DNA from: Paramecium tetraurelia
Lineage: Eukaryota
Reading direction: 5' to 3'
DNA: 64,000 bases
Assembly: GCA_000165425.1 (NCBI GenBank)
Contig: CT868015.1
Coordinates: forward strand, 124,001-188,000
Below the pieces are notes generated by a model. It was not told where the DNA came from and ran no database searches. It saw only the letters and a program-made list of their open reading frames with translations. Shown piece after piece: positions 27,622 through 39,990 of the stretch (the stretch's first letter is position 1; each line of letters starts with the position of its first letter). A program made the translations under genes and the position numbers.

Positions 27622-28230
27622 TCACACTATTTTAGTTCCATGAACTTCCTTTAAATTACAATACTAAGCCAAGCCAAGATAGTTCTCTTTGGTTATTCCT
27701 CCGCCAGCTAAAATTGTCAATTAAGGGAAGAGTTCTACAACTTCTTTGATTGAATCCCTCCCCTCCAAGGCCGATTTATGCTTTCCTCCTTTTGTAAGAA
27801 CTCTTTTGATTCCCAAACTAATGAGCTATTCTAAACTCTTGTGATAATTGTGACAATCATCAATAGCCATATGAAACACTACTTTCATAGGAGAAGCAAT
27901 TTCAATTAATATTTTCATTCTCTCAAAATCAATTCGAAAATCAGTAGTCAAAATGCCTGTCACTATTTCTTTAACTTCAAGTGATTTGCAAATCTTGATA
28001 TCCTCTATCATGATTTCGAACTCCTCAGCTGTATATACAAAATCGCCACCCCTTGGTCGAATCATCACAACAATTGGATATTGAACTGCCTTCTTTATGG
28101 TTCCAAAGGAAGGTGTAGTACCTCCTTGGGATAAATTATCGCATAATTCTATTCTATTGGCTCCATTGCTGAGTGCAACTATTAATTCAGAGTAATTATT
28201 AACGCAGGCTTCTTTAATAATTTATTCCGT
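27622..28230 (-). CDS. cutC: CutC-family TIM-barrel protein (copper homeostasis protein CutC), intronless, ACG at the start position
   Basis: IIKEACV...GANRIELCDNLSQGGTTPSLG...MIRPRGGDFVY...VFHMAID...RVLTKGG...AGGGI...EVHGTKIV-TGA; 609 nt uninterrupted. Confidence 0.93.
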
Positions 28231-28257
28231 TTTTGTTAATATATATATTTTCTTAAA

Positions 28258-29890
28258 ATGAGATTCGTTATCTTATTATGTATGATCGGATTCGTAGTCT
28301 GTGATTTACCTGTCCATTGCTTAAAGCACTAGGTGTCAGGAAAGTGGAGACTATATTTGGAGAAACCCACTTAGAAGGGTGTTGGACTCATGCCATGTGG
28401 TCATGAAATTCCTGATAGGGCCAAGACATCATATATGGCTTATAATAGCAACTTTTAACCATCATAAGATTTCGAAGTTACTTTGGGAGATGATTATAAA
28501 GTGAAATCCAGTTAAAAATCAGGTGAATGGACAATGGTTTATGATGAAGGTTTTGAAATCAAATTAGGTAATATGAAATATTTTGCATTCTCAAAATATG
28601 AACCAAAGGGCAGAGAAGGAGTATCATATTGTGATTAAACTCTTGTGGGATGGTACACAAATCTAGACACTTAAGAGAGAGGTTGTTATAGAGCTGAAAA
28701 AACTGAAAAAGTAGAGTCATCTGAATCCATCAAAACAGTCAGCATTGTCCAACCTGAATTTATGGATGATGATGATATGAAATCTTTATCATTCTTATAA
28801 GTTTAAGAAAAAACACCAGAAGTGAATCATGAAGATGTCGTCGAAAAATTAAATCAAAAGGAAGGAACATGGAAAGCTAAGGTCTATGACCATATGAAGG
28901 GCAAGAGCTTCGCTGAAGTTGCTAAGTCTTTGGGAAAGAAGCTTGGATTCAAAAAGGACAAGTCATACAAACAATAGGATTAAACAGCAAATAAGGTGTT
29001 CGTTCAAACTGCTGATTATTCAGAATTGCCTTCTTCTTTCAATTGGAGAGAGTATATACAATATTTAATCAAATTAGGAAGCTTGCACCACCTAGACAAT
29101 AAGGACAATGCGGATCTTGTTATGCTATAGCCACAATGTCTATGTTATCAGCAAGATTAAAAATACAAGGGGAGAATGTTGATCTCTCACCTTAATGGTC
29201 TTTGAATTGCAATTATTACAACCAAGGATGTGATGGTGGTTATCCTTATTTGGTGAATAAATTTGCTGAAGAATAAGTACTTGTCTCTGAATCAACAGAA
29301 CCATATCAAGGATATGACGGATCTTGCAACTTCTAGAAAGCCAAGTCTTAATCGAAAGTTTATGCTACCAAGTTCATTATACATTTTAATTTCTTATAGG
29401 AACTATAAATATTTGGGAGGTTCATATGGCAGAGTCTCAGAATAAGTCATCATGTTAGAAATAATGAAGAATGGCCCTGTTGTTTTGAGTTTCGAACCAT
29501 CATACGATTTCATGTATTATGAATCTGGTATCTATCACTCCAAGGCAGAAACAAGTGACTATTCTGAATGGGTAATCAACTCTTGTTTATTGTTAGGAAA
29601 AAGTCGATCACTCCGTCTTATGTTATGGTTGGGGAGAAGAAGAGGGAGTTAAGTTTTGGATGTTGTAAAACAGTTGGGGAGATCAATGGGGAGAAAGTGG
29701 TAACTTTAGAATGAAGAGAGGAGTTGATGAATCAGCTATTGAAAGTATGGCTGAAGCTTCAGATCCATATGTCATAAATTAGAATTCAAGTAAAAGCTTT
29801 TCTGAAACAAAATCAAATGAATCTGATTTCGATTATGAAGATGATGACAGTATCTTTTCTTTCAACTAGATTAGATAAAATTTAAAATGA
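28258..29890 (+). CDS. CTSC: Cathepsin C / dipeptidyl peptidase I (papain family with exclusion domain)
   Basis: Signal peptide + [52 protein letters not shown]; three introns. Confidence 0.95.
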
Positions 29891-29941
29891 AATTATACCA
29901 ACATTAATCATCATTACAATAATTTATGAATAATAAAATAC

Positions 29942-32561
29942 TCATAAAAATACGTTCTTCCTCCTCTTGTATGTGATCAGATCTTAGGATGTCTTGGTCG
30001 AATGGAACTTCTGCATAATGAGGGCTGGATATAAGCAGTATCTTTAGAATGAATTCACAATTCTTATTTTGGCTTTGTCTATCTTCATTTTAATGTTGTT
30101 GATATTGAATTTGGGATTATAATGCATGAAATTCTTAGGACTTTCAAAATCATAATTCTAAAATATGTTGTATTCCGAATTTATCCTAATGGCATCATCA
30201 ACATCATTAATTAATCGAGGATCCACTTTTTTTAAGGATTTAAGATGTTCATATCGTAATTTCAATTACTTCAGCTGAGATTCTTGATTTAAATGATTTT
30301 AGTTTTGTCTGAATTTCCCTAGTATAATCATTAGAAATTTGGGATAGTATTTGTCTATAAATGTGATCTTCTTGACTAAGTGTCTAAATTTAGACATTAA
30401 TTGTTTCTTTTTATCTTCATTGTTTTTAGATTTACTTGTAAAATTTTTATAAGCATTTAAATTTTAAATTTTATTCTCCTCTTCGTCATCAACCACAGGA
30501 ATATCATATATTTAAACAACATCTTAATTTTCCTGCTGCACAACAAACGAAGCCTTTATTAAAGATTAGTGAGTCACTTTCCTAGAAGGATACCGAGGTT
30601 TCTTTTTTTCTGAACGTGGAATCAATTTTCTTTATTAGAATGTTGAAATTGCACTCTTTTTTATTATTTTTTCTCTATCAGGTACATAGTGCACGACAGG
30701 ACATTCATGTGAATAATGTGTAAAATTTTAACAAGCATAGCATTTTCTAGGGAAGATAGTAGTTTCATTTCCATTAAATAATAAGTAGTCCTTCATCTGA
30801 CAAAATATTTCGTAATCGTTAGGAAAATCTTTCAAAGTTTTTTTGAATTTCCTGTGCGATAAGGTCATTACCAAACAAAAGCCTTGACTCTTATAGGTTT
30901 CTGGGAATAATTTACCAGTTATAAATGGAATAAGGCCAATAGTTTGATTAGCTTGGAAAGATTGTAATTTTAGATTACATTATTAATCTCCATACATATC
31001 TATGATTCCAGATTCTATATAGACTAGCTCTTTCTTGTCTCCAATAATAGTTTCAGGAGCTAATATCTTGGTCTTTAATGATTTGATAAGTTCTCTTTTG
31101 AAGGCTGGAGTAAAGCGATACCGAAATAAGGCACACTGATTGAGAATAACAGAATTTGATTCTTAGGTCAACCTTTCTTTTAGGTTCTCAGATAATTGAT
31201 TGATCATCTGTGCTGCTTCTTCTGCATCCTTCTCCTTATTTAATTGCCAATAGTAGTTCAAATATTGACGTATTTCACTCTACAATGGAAATGGGATTCT
31301 CTTTTTTTGCATGTATGAATTTATGATTCTCAATTTGCGTTTCTTATCCTCTCCATATTCGCTAATCTTGGAAATGATGGCTCCAACTGTGTTTATGCTG
31401 TAAGGCAATTGTAAACTTGCCATGATGATGAACAAACAACAAACAATTCTTTCTAAGTTACTCTATGGAAGGACATCACCATATCCAATAGTGAACATCG
31501 TAACAGTCGAATAGTAAACTGAGGATAGATATTGTATTTCCCAATCTTTGTCAACAATATTCTCTAGCCAACTGACTCCGTAATTGTTATGACTATAGTC
31601 ACCAACCTAGAATGAATAATGAATTTACCCAAAACCAAAAACAAGAGAACATGTGGATAATGAAGAACAAGACTGCAATCAGTTTAATGAGTTCAATGAT
31701 GGATGAGGCTTTCTTACTAAGATTCAGTCCTTCTTCATAATATTCCAGGCATTCTTGTATAGTACTGTAATGGACTAAGAAGGTCACCAGTGTGAGATAG
31801 ATTTTGTAATCTTTGATCTGCTGAGTTATTATAGGATCCTGAGTGAGTATCTAATAGACCAGTAATTAGATTGCCGAAGTCCATTCTAAACCAAAACATT
31901 TCAAAAAGTTATGTTAAACAATCTACTTTCTATCTGTTACCAATTGACCTTGTTTATAGAATGCAGTGTTCAAACCGACTATCAAATCTCCAAGAAGGAC
32001 CATTTAGAAGATAAAGGATGTCAAATTATACATGTCAAACATGAATGAATATTTACTCCATGCGATATCCAAGGGGATGAGGAACAAGAAGTATAATCTT
32101 GAAACCAACGAGGCTGAATCCCATATCAACTTTATAGGGGATTCTGGCTGGAATAGCTCAATGCGTTTCAAACTTGAAATAAACATGTTCAAATATTTTG
32201 AGAAAAATTGTTTAATCTTCTCAAAAAACCTCAATTCTAATTGTAACGAAAAGTTTTTATGCATGAGTCTGATGTTGAAGGTATTGGAACTGCGATAGGA
32301 GGTTTTATCACCGACGTAGGATATTTGTTCTTCTGAAATATTTCCTAATCTTTTGGATTATGATTTGAGATTATTGCAAAATTGTTTGACATAATGGGTT
32401 TTGCGTTCTTATTTTTGAGTCAGCATCTTTTAATACTACATTATGGATTCCCCTCCAGAAGATTAAATTTGGATTTGTTGTCGAAAAGGGACTCCTTCGT
32501 TCTGATTCCCATCTGTCAACAACTTGAGTCCCATGTTACCATTTAACATTTTTTCTTACAT
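29942..32561 (-). CDS. CNBD-family (EAG/HCN-like) K+ channel 1 with C-terminal CCHC knuckle
   Basis: Pore TVTMFTIGYGDVLP, C-linker INSYMQKKRIPFPLQSEIRQYLNYYW, degenerate CNBD, CYACQNFTHYSHEC. Confidence 0.92.
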
Positions 32562-32575
32562 ATTAAATAAATTAT

Positions 32576-35155
32576 TCAAATCAAAATCACATTCTTTCTT
32601 CTTCTATAATTAATGATATTCCGAATTGAAGGTTTGCATCCAAATCTTTTTATTATTTCTCCTGGGAATAGGAAGTAGGGCATGAATTTCATGATTAATC
32701 CGATCTTCAACTTAGTGTGTAAATTGGGGATCCTTGATAAATTATTGCCACAGTTATAAAATTGATATTCACGATTGATTTCAAAATCATGTAAACTTTA
32801 CTTTTAATGTAATTTGTCAATAAGATCTTAAATCTCAATAATCTCCTTGTGGAAATTCTTCTCACTCCTCTTCGCCAATTTCAGTCTATCATACAACTAA
32901 GCCAAACATTATTCGTTGTTCTACGGATTCTTCTTTATTCTCGTTTTCGGAAGAATCCTCAATCTATTAATGTATATAATCATTTTGACTATATGAATAA
33001 ACCTATGTTTGTACTCAGATACGATGTCCTTCTCATTGTAAAACGACACACTCCTGCTCTTCCTCATCTGTCTCTTGATCTCCTCAGAATCATAATATAA
33101 CTTCATTCTCTCAAACCTCTGAGATTGGATCCTCCAAGCTGCCCTGGTCAATTCGGACAAATTCCCTCTGCAATTGTTCTATCTGAACGTGAATCTCTGT
33201 CTATTGATCTATCTCTCCTGCAATTGTGACTTTATGTGTTTCTTCAGAATCTGCTCTTTATCAGGTACAAAATGAACCAGAGGACATTCGATCAACTTGT
33301 GTTGATTCGAATCGCACGAAAAACAGTTTGTCGGGTACAATTGCTTCCCTTGATTGTATGTCAAGTAATCCCTCATCTCGCAAAAGATCTCGAAATCCTA
33401 TGGACATTCATGTAGACATTTCAAAAAGTCGTCTCTACTTAACAACATTACCTTTGTGAAAGATAGACACTTGAATCTCTCAGGAGCATTCTTACCAGTT
33501 ATAAAACTGCTTATACCCAAACTGTGTCCCTTCATCTATCTTCCCACAGGAAATTGCTTATTGATCTCCAAATGGATCTCCACCTCCCCCTCATCAATAA
33601 AGCATAAATATATTTAATCATTATCAATAAACGACTCGGGTGGGTAGATCACACTCCTCACCTTCTTCACCAGCAACTGTTTCAAACTCTGACTGAATCG
33701 ATTCTTAAACAAAGGACAATCATTCAACATCGACTGATAGGCCTCCCCCATCAATCTCTCCTTCAAACATTCCGACAACTGATTGATTATCTTCTTCTGA
33801 TCCTCATTGTCCTATTGGTTCTACGTTTACCAATAATAATTCAAGTATTGTCTGATTTCCATTTACAAATTAAAAGAAATCTTCCTCTTCTCCATGTATG
33901 CGTTGATTATGCTCAATTTCTTCATCGTCTCCTCCCCGTAAGCTGTTATCTCCTCTATGAACTTCCCAACCGTGTTTATGGAATAAGGCAATTAAATACT
34001 GGTAATCATTATGAACAATACTGAAGTCGCCTTCTCCAAATTAGACACCGGAGCCACGTCCCCATATCCCACAGTGAACATTGTCACTGTCGAAAAGTAG
34101 AAGGCCTCCAAATATTGCAAATTCCAATCCAGATCCTGCACCTGAGATATGCTCACCCAACTATTTCCTCCGCTTTGTAAACTATAGGAGCCTATCTAAA
34201 ATATAGATATTTGTACCCAAAACCAAAAACAAGCAAATATGTGCAAGAAGTAAAACAAAAACAAAATGAACTTCCCTAATTGTATCATTGACGAGAGCTT
34301 CTTATTTACATTCAAACTCTACTCGTAATGTTTAACCGTCTATCTCACTCTGCTAGCGTGGATGATAAACAACATCAACGACAAATGCACCACGTTCTCC
34401 GAAGGGTCTATCCGAATTCTATATTCAAATTATAAAAAAGTGTAGATTATCAATATGAAAGTTGAAATCCATTCAGTACTATAGTTTCGTAAAATGCTGT
34501 TCTTAAAAATCCGGATCCTTGAATTCACTATTTAACCACATTCGTAGTAGGCTGTATTAAATTCCAGGATTTAATCACTTACAACCAGAATCAGCATTAT
34601 GTAGGATATCGGCTGAAATAGTTAAAAGATAAACTCCTACTCAATCCAAGCCATATCTAAGGGTATCAGATAAAGAAAGTAGAGCCGAGCCACAATGGTC
34701 ATAACATCCCATATGCTTTTGTATTATGAATCAGGTTGAAATAGCGGCAGCTTATTTATCAGATTACTTGTAATTTCTATGAATTTTTGGAAACATATTA
34801 TTTTCTCTATTGTTCTTAAAGCAAGCGATTGATTTTTCTTGCTATCATATGTTGCCAGATCATCTATCAAGGAGAAGTGATAATTCGTCAGTTTGGAATA
34901 ATGATTTTGAGGTGATCGCAGATTTTTTATAAACTTTGATACATATTCATGTCTTTTTTTAATCTTAAATCCTCTCTTCTATTCTTGATTCGCACTTATT
35001 GATTCTATATATTAAAGGTTTTTATGTAGATTTTTTAAGTATAAACTCGTTTCAGTGTTTTATCTATTAATGAGCGTTCTTCGAGACTTGAAAGGCGATG
35101 ATTCAGAATTTTCAGTGAGCTTATTTTCTAAATCAATATTTTTAATCGAATTCAT
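32576..35155 (-). CDS. CNBD-family K+ channel 2 with C-terminal CCHC knuckle
   Basis: Pore TVTMFTVGYGDVAP, C-linker, degenerate CNBD, CFSCDSNQHKLIEC. Confidence 0.92.
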
Positions 35156-35239
35156 ATTAATTATAATAAAATTAGATAAACTTTAGTCAAGATTAATAGA
35201 AGTACAATGATATAAATTGTTTTATATTAATAATGGTTA

Positions 35240-38200
35240 TCAAGGTTTTTTAATTGAGGAATGTTGTTGCATAATGAATGCCAGAGATATTCTATTGTTT
35301 CTTTTAAAGTACTATTTTTTCTTTGGTTCTCCCACAACATCTGCATGCCTTTATTTGTATACATATTTTTAGATGTATAAATACGGATAAAATAAATACC
35401 TAATTAATTGCTTAGTCTTTTACTAAATTAGGATTTACATCTCATTTGAACTTGATAACATTGATATTTTCGTTCTGCTTAAAACCTAATAAAGATTTTC
35501 TTTGGGTTTAAAGTATTTATAAGACTTCTATGCATCTAAAAGTATATCAAATTCTGTTTCTAATAGCATCTTTAACTTAAGTTCAAAAAATTCTAGTTCA
35601 TGAATTGTTTTATTCGAGTAAACATCTTTTAAGTGTTGTATTTTGCTTCTTCGATGTTAAATATTTTTTAAATGATCTCTATATTAAGAAAGCTTCCTTT
35701 CATTTGAATTTTCAACCTACTTTTCAACAAAATCATTCATTAGATTCACCTTCTTAACAATAGATCTAAACTTCTCCTTGGTTTCCTTCTACTTATTATT
35801 AAATTTCATAATGTCCCCTATATCCTGTAATGTCTACTTTTTTCTTAATAATTATTTTTTCTAAGGAATCGGAGACTTTTAAGGTTCTTCCTTAATTTCA
35901 AACAGTTAGATTTTTTCATCTTCGTGATAGTTCTTAAAGTCAAATATTTCATCTGAACTGTTAATAATTTAAACATTCGGAGTGGCTAATTTCTCTTCAT
36001 CAAATTCTTCATAGATGTATGTCAATTACTGATTGTCTGATTATACTTACTTTGCTACATCATTTAATATAATCTATCCCAGAGTAGCCTTAATATAACA
36101 TTTTTCTTTTCTCTTCTTCAATCGACTCCTCTACTATTCTCTACTAAATTAGGCCGATTTTATAATTCTCTCTCTATCAGGTTTAAAGTGCAGGAGAGGA
36201 CATGAGATGGCTTTATGAGTTTTTGACTTACATGAGAAACATTCCATAGTGAGTAATTCACTCTCAGGATTAAATGTCAAATCTTCGAAAAAACTATAGA
36301 ATATTTCATAATCTTCCGGGTAATCCTTTATTACATCCAAAAAGTCCTTCCTTGTTATAATTAACAATTTAGTAAATCCAATGGTTTTATATTTTTCAAC
36401 ACTTGGATTACCAGTAATGAAACTTACGAATCCAAAACTTTCACCCTCTTTTAACATATATACCCTTGATAGTTCACTTAATTATTCATTTTCAATAAAA
36501 ACTTCAATTTACCCTTGTTCTATGAAAAATATGGATAAACTATTTTCATCTTGTGACTTTTTTGTGTAATCGAGAACATTCTCAGGAGCAATTGTTGTTG
36601 ATGTGATTTTACTTACTAAATCTTTTTTAAAATTTAATGAAAAATTATCCTTAAAGAAAGGACTATTATAAAGAATTCTAGAATTTGCTTCAAAAATCAA
36701 TCTCTATTTTAATCTACTAGATAACTCTTCTATGATTTCTTTCTCCTCATTCGATTCCTCGTTCCTTTTCATTGTCCAAAAGTAGTTCAAATACTCTCTT
36801 ATTTAAAATTACAACTCGTAACTGATATTTTTTTATTGCATATAATTATTGATGATATTGAACTTTCTTTTCTTCTCCTCCTTGAATCCACTTATCTATT
36901 CAATTATTGAACTGACTGTGCTAACACTATAAGACAATTGAACACTACAAACGGACATGAATATAACTGAAACTATCATCTCGGGATTTGTCTATGGAGT
37001 GATATCACCATACCCTACAGTGAACATAGTCACAGTAGAATAGTAAAATGAGTATAAGTATTGATCAGCGAAAGATTTATCTAAAACCTATTTGGCCTCC
37101 AACCAACTACTCCCTAAGTAAGTTTCACTGTAAAGTCCCACCCAAAACCATAGACATGCAAACACATGTATGACAAAAAACAATAAAACAAACAATTTCG
37201 AAAGTTCCACCAAAGAAGCAGCTTCCCTTGACAAATTCAATGCATCTTCTAGTTGTTATCTTAATTGTGCGATATTATTATATTAGACAAATTGGAGAAA
37301 TAGAAATATGTAATAAGGATTCTCAAACACATTAAATCCATAATCATATTGATTAGAGATGTTATAGAAAATGATTAGTAAAATATTTGCTATGATTTCA
37401 AATCCATATGCCTTACTTATCTAATGTTTTAAAATACTCATCCTATCTGTTACCAATTGTCCTTGTTGATAATATGATTAGAATAAACTAACAAAAAAAT
37501 CCAATATCAAAAGAGTTATACATATGACTGTTGGTACTTCCAAAGTATAAAATAACAACTAAATAGATGGCCAGGCTAAATCTATTGGAATCGTAAAAAG
37601 CAAATAAAATCTACAAATAAATAAAATGCCGTCCCAAACAACCTTCAGCTTAGAATCTGGTTTAATTAATGGGATTTTATTAATGAGCTTGCAAAATCTT
37701 TATACTTAGCTTCCAATAAATATTTTAGTTCTTTGCATAAGCAATTATCTTCTTCTAAAATTATTAATATTTGAATTTTTACTGTTGATTCCCTAAGTGA
37801 GCTTAGGTATTCTCTTGTAAACTTTAAATTAATGGCTTTATTGTAATTGCGAATTTTCTAAAACCAACATCATCCAGAGATGACGCCTTGTCATTAATCA
37901 CCTACAAATGGTATTTAGTTATTTTTGAAATCAATCTTCTTTTGGCAAGAACTTAATGGATGAATTATCTCATATGAAACAGCTAAACTAATTTTGCAAA
38001 ACCCTTTTTTGGCTCTGATTGCTTGTATATTTCCACTTCTTTTTATCTTTCTTAAGCATGATGTTCAATCAAAACTTAAGGGATGTCGAATACTTTTTTT
38101 GAATCATTCTGGCTTTCACTTCCATCACTTATACTTATACTAACATTTGGAGCTTCCTGCTCAACCTGAAAAGCCTATACAAACATTTGATCCTCGTCTA

Positions 38201-38240
38201 CAGGCTCCTCAGTGCATAAGATAGGTTTATTTTTTAACAT
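35240..38240 (-). CDS. CNBD-family K+ channel 3 with C-terminal CCHC knuckle
   Basis: Pore TVTMFTVGYGDITP, C-linker, degenerate CNBD (LKEGESFGFVSFITG), CFSCKSKTHKAISC. Confidence 0.92.
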
Positions 38241-38307
38241 AATTTATGGTATAATAGCAAAATTATTTTCGACATCATATAAAATAACTGAATGTAATAT
38301 TTGCGAC

Positions 38308-39857
38308 TCATTCCGTAAAAGTTGGCACCAATGGATCGAATCCAAGTTCTTCCACAGGAATTACGAATTCAGCTAATTTACCATCATAAGCCTTAACCAT
38401 ATGAGAATGGGCCTTTCTTATTTACGTTAATTATTATTGCAATTCAGCAATTTATGCTGATTTTTGAACATCAATTTCTTAATACTACCTTGTAATGATA
38501 TCTAGAGTAAGATATAAAAGTTACTTATGGAATTCTGATCAATATTTGCCCCTTGTAAGACTTGATTCAATTGCAATTCCTTGATTTCCAGTTCCTCTTA
38601 TACAGCAGAGGTTTTCTTTTCCAAGATAAGATTCTAGTATATTATGATATATAATTTGTACTTATAAGCCAGTTTTTTATTAGATCGATTAAATTGTTGA
38701 ATTAAATTTATCCTCAAGTGATCTCTTTTCTCTTTCCATATATTGGAAATGCTATAATTTAACTTCATATTCATATTCTAAATTTCTAAACTTCTTTTCA
38801 AGTTCATCTATTTTTAACTTCAATTGTTCCTTTTGTTAAACAACTTGGGCTTGTTCTTCCTTTTCTTTAATTAAGAATTTAATTTCCTCTTTAATTGCCT
38901 TGAGTGGCTCATTCAAATTCTTCGACTCATTTTCAATTGATTACAATAGTTTTTTATCCTTTTCTTCTTTTTTTTGATGATCTGTAATCTCATTTTTCAA
39001 ACTCTTAATCATATCCAAATTGGTTGCAGTGATATCAGAATAGTAATTCTTAATTTCAGTATATTTTTTAGAATGTTCTTTCGTCAATTGTTAAATCCTT
39101 AGATCCTTTTTCTCTTGCAGAATTTTAATGAGATTATTTCTAGCCTCCTCCATTTCTCTTCTCAATTTCTCCATTTTTAAATGATACTTCTCCTTTAAAT
39201 CATTCGCCTATCTTTCAAAGTTCTGCCTTAATTAAGTAGCTTGTCGATCGTATTCAGTTTTGAGTGCAAACATATAATCATTTTAAGCCAAATCAGCTTC
39301 TTTCTATTGAACCTTCAAAGATCGAATGTCAGTCTTTAATTCTCTATCCTTCATTCTATGATCATCTTCTAGTTGTTTTAATGTGACCTCTACATCCTTC
39401 CTTAAATCACTTTGCTGATCCTGATTTTAAAATAACAGATGCTTAATTCTAAAATAGAAAACAACTTATACTTTTATTTATAAAGATTCAACTGCATGAA
39501 GTGATTCTCCTTCAGATCCTGAATTTCTCTTTCCTTGTTAATGAAGTCACTTTTCTTATCATCCAATTCCTTCTTAGCAATAATCCAGTTGTAATTTATC
39601 TTCTCTCTTTCCTATTGATATTAAGAAAGCAATTTCTCTTCTGCATCTATGTCTGTTTTAAGCAATCTTATTTCTTCTCTCATTTATTTCTAGAGAAGTT
39701 TCAATATTATCATACCTTGTACGCTTCATTCTCGACATCATTAACTTATTTAGCCTTATTTTGTGCCTCCAATTCAGCTTCTAAGGATGATAAATGAGGG
39801 AAGAATACTTGATAACTATGGTTTAGCATCTGTTGGCTTTGGTTTGTTCTTGCTCAT
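38308..39857 (-). CDS. GAS8: GAS8/DRC4 (trypanin), nexin-dynein regulatory complex subunit
   Basis: KINYNWIIAKKELDDKK...ENHFMQLNLY...IKHLLFQNQ...EIKNYYSDITATNLDMIKSLK...IPVEELGFDPL. Confidence 0.9.
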
Positions 39858-39990
39858 TAAAATAATTAATTATATTTATAAAGCTCATAAAGAATATATA
39901 CTCCTTAGCAAAGAAGAGAACCCATCCAATTCTTAGACTCACTTAATAACACTATTTATTATAATAGATAATTATATGAACTTTTAAAAA

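Noticed and set aside
27622..28230. CutC as bacterial contamination in the assembly
   Set aside because: It uses TAA/TAG as sense codons, matches local base composition and is tightly flanked by intron-containing ciliate genes.
30701..30742. CCHC knuckles as retrotransposon gag remnants
   Set aside because: They are in frame within the channel genes at homologous positions, with no protease, RT, integrase or LTR nearby.
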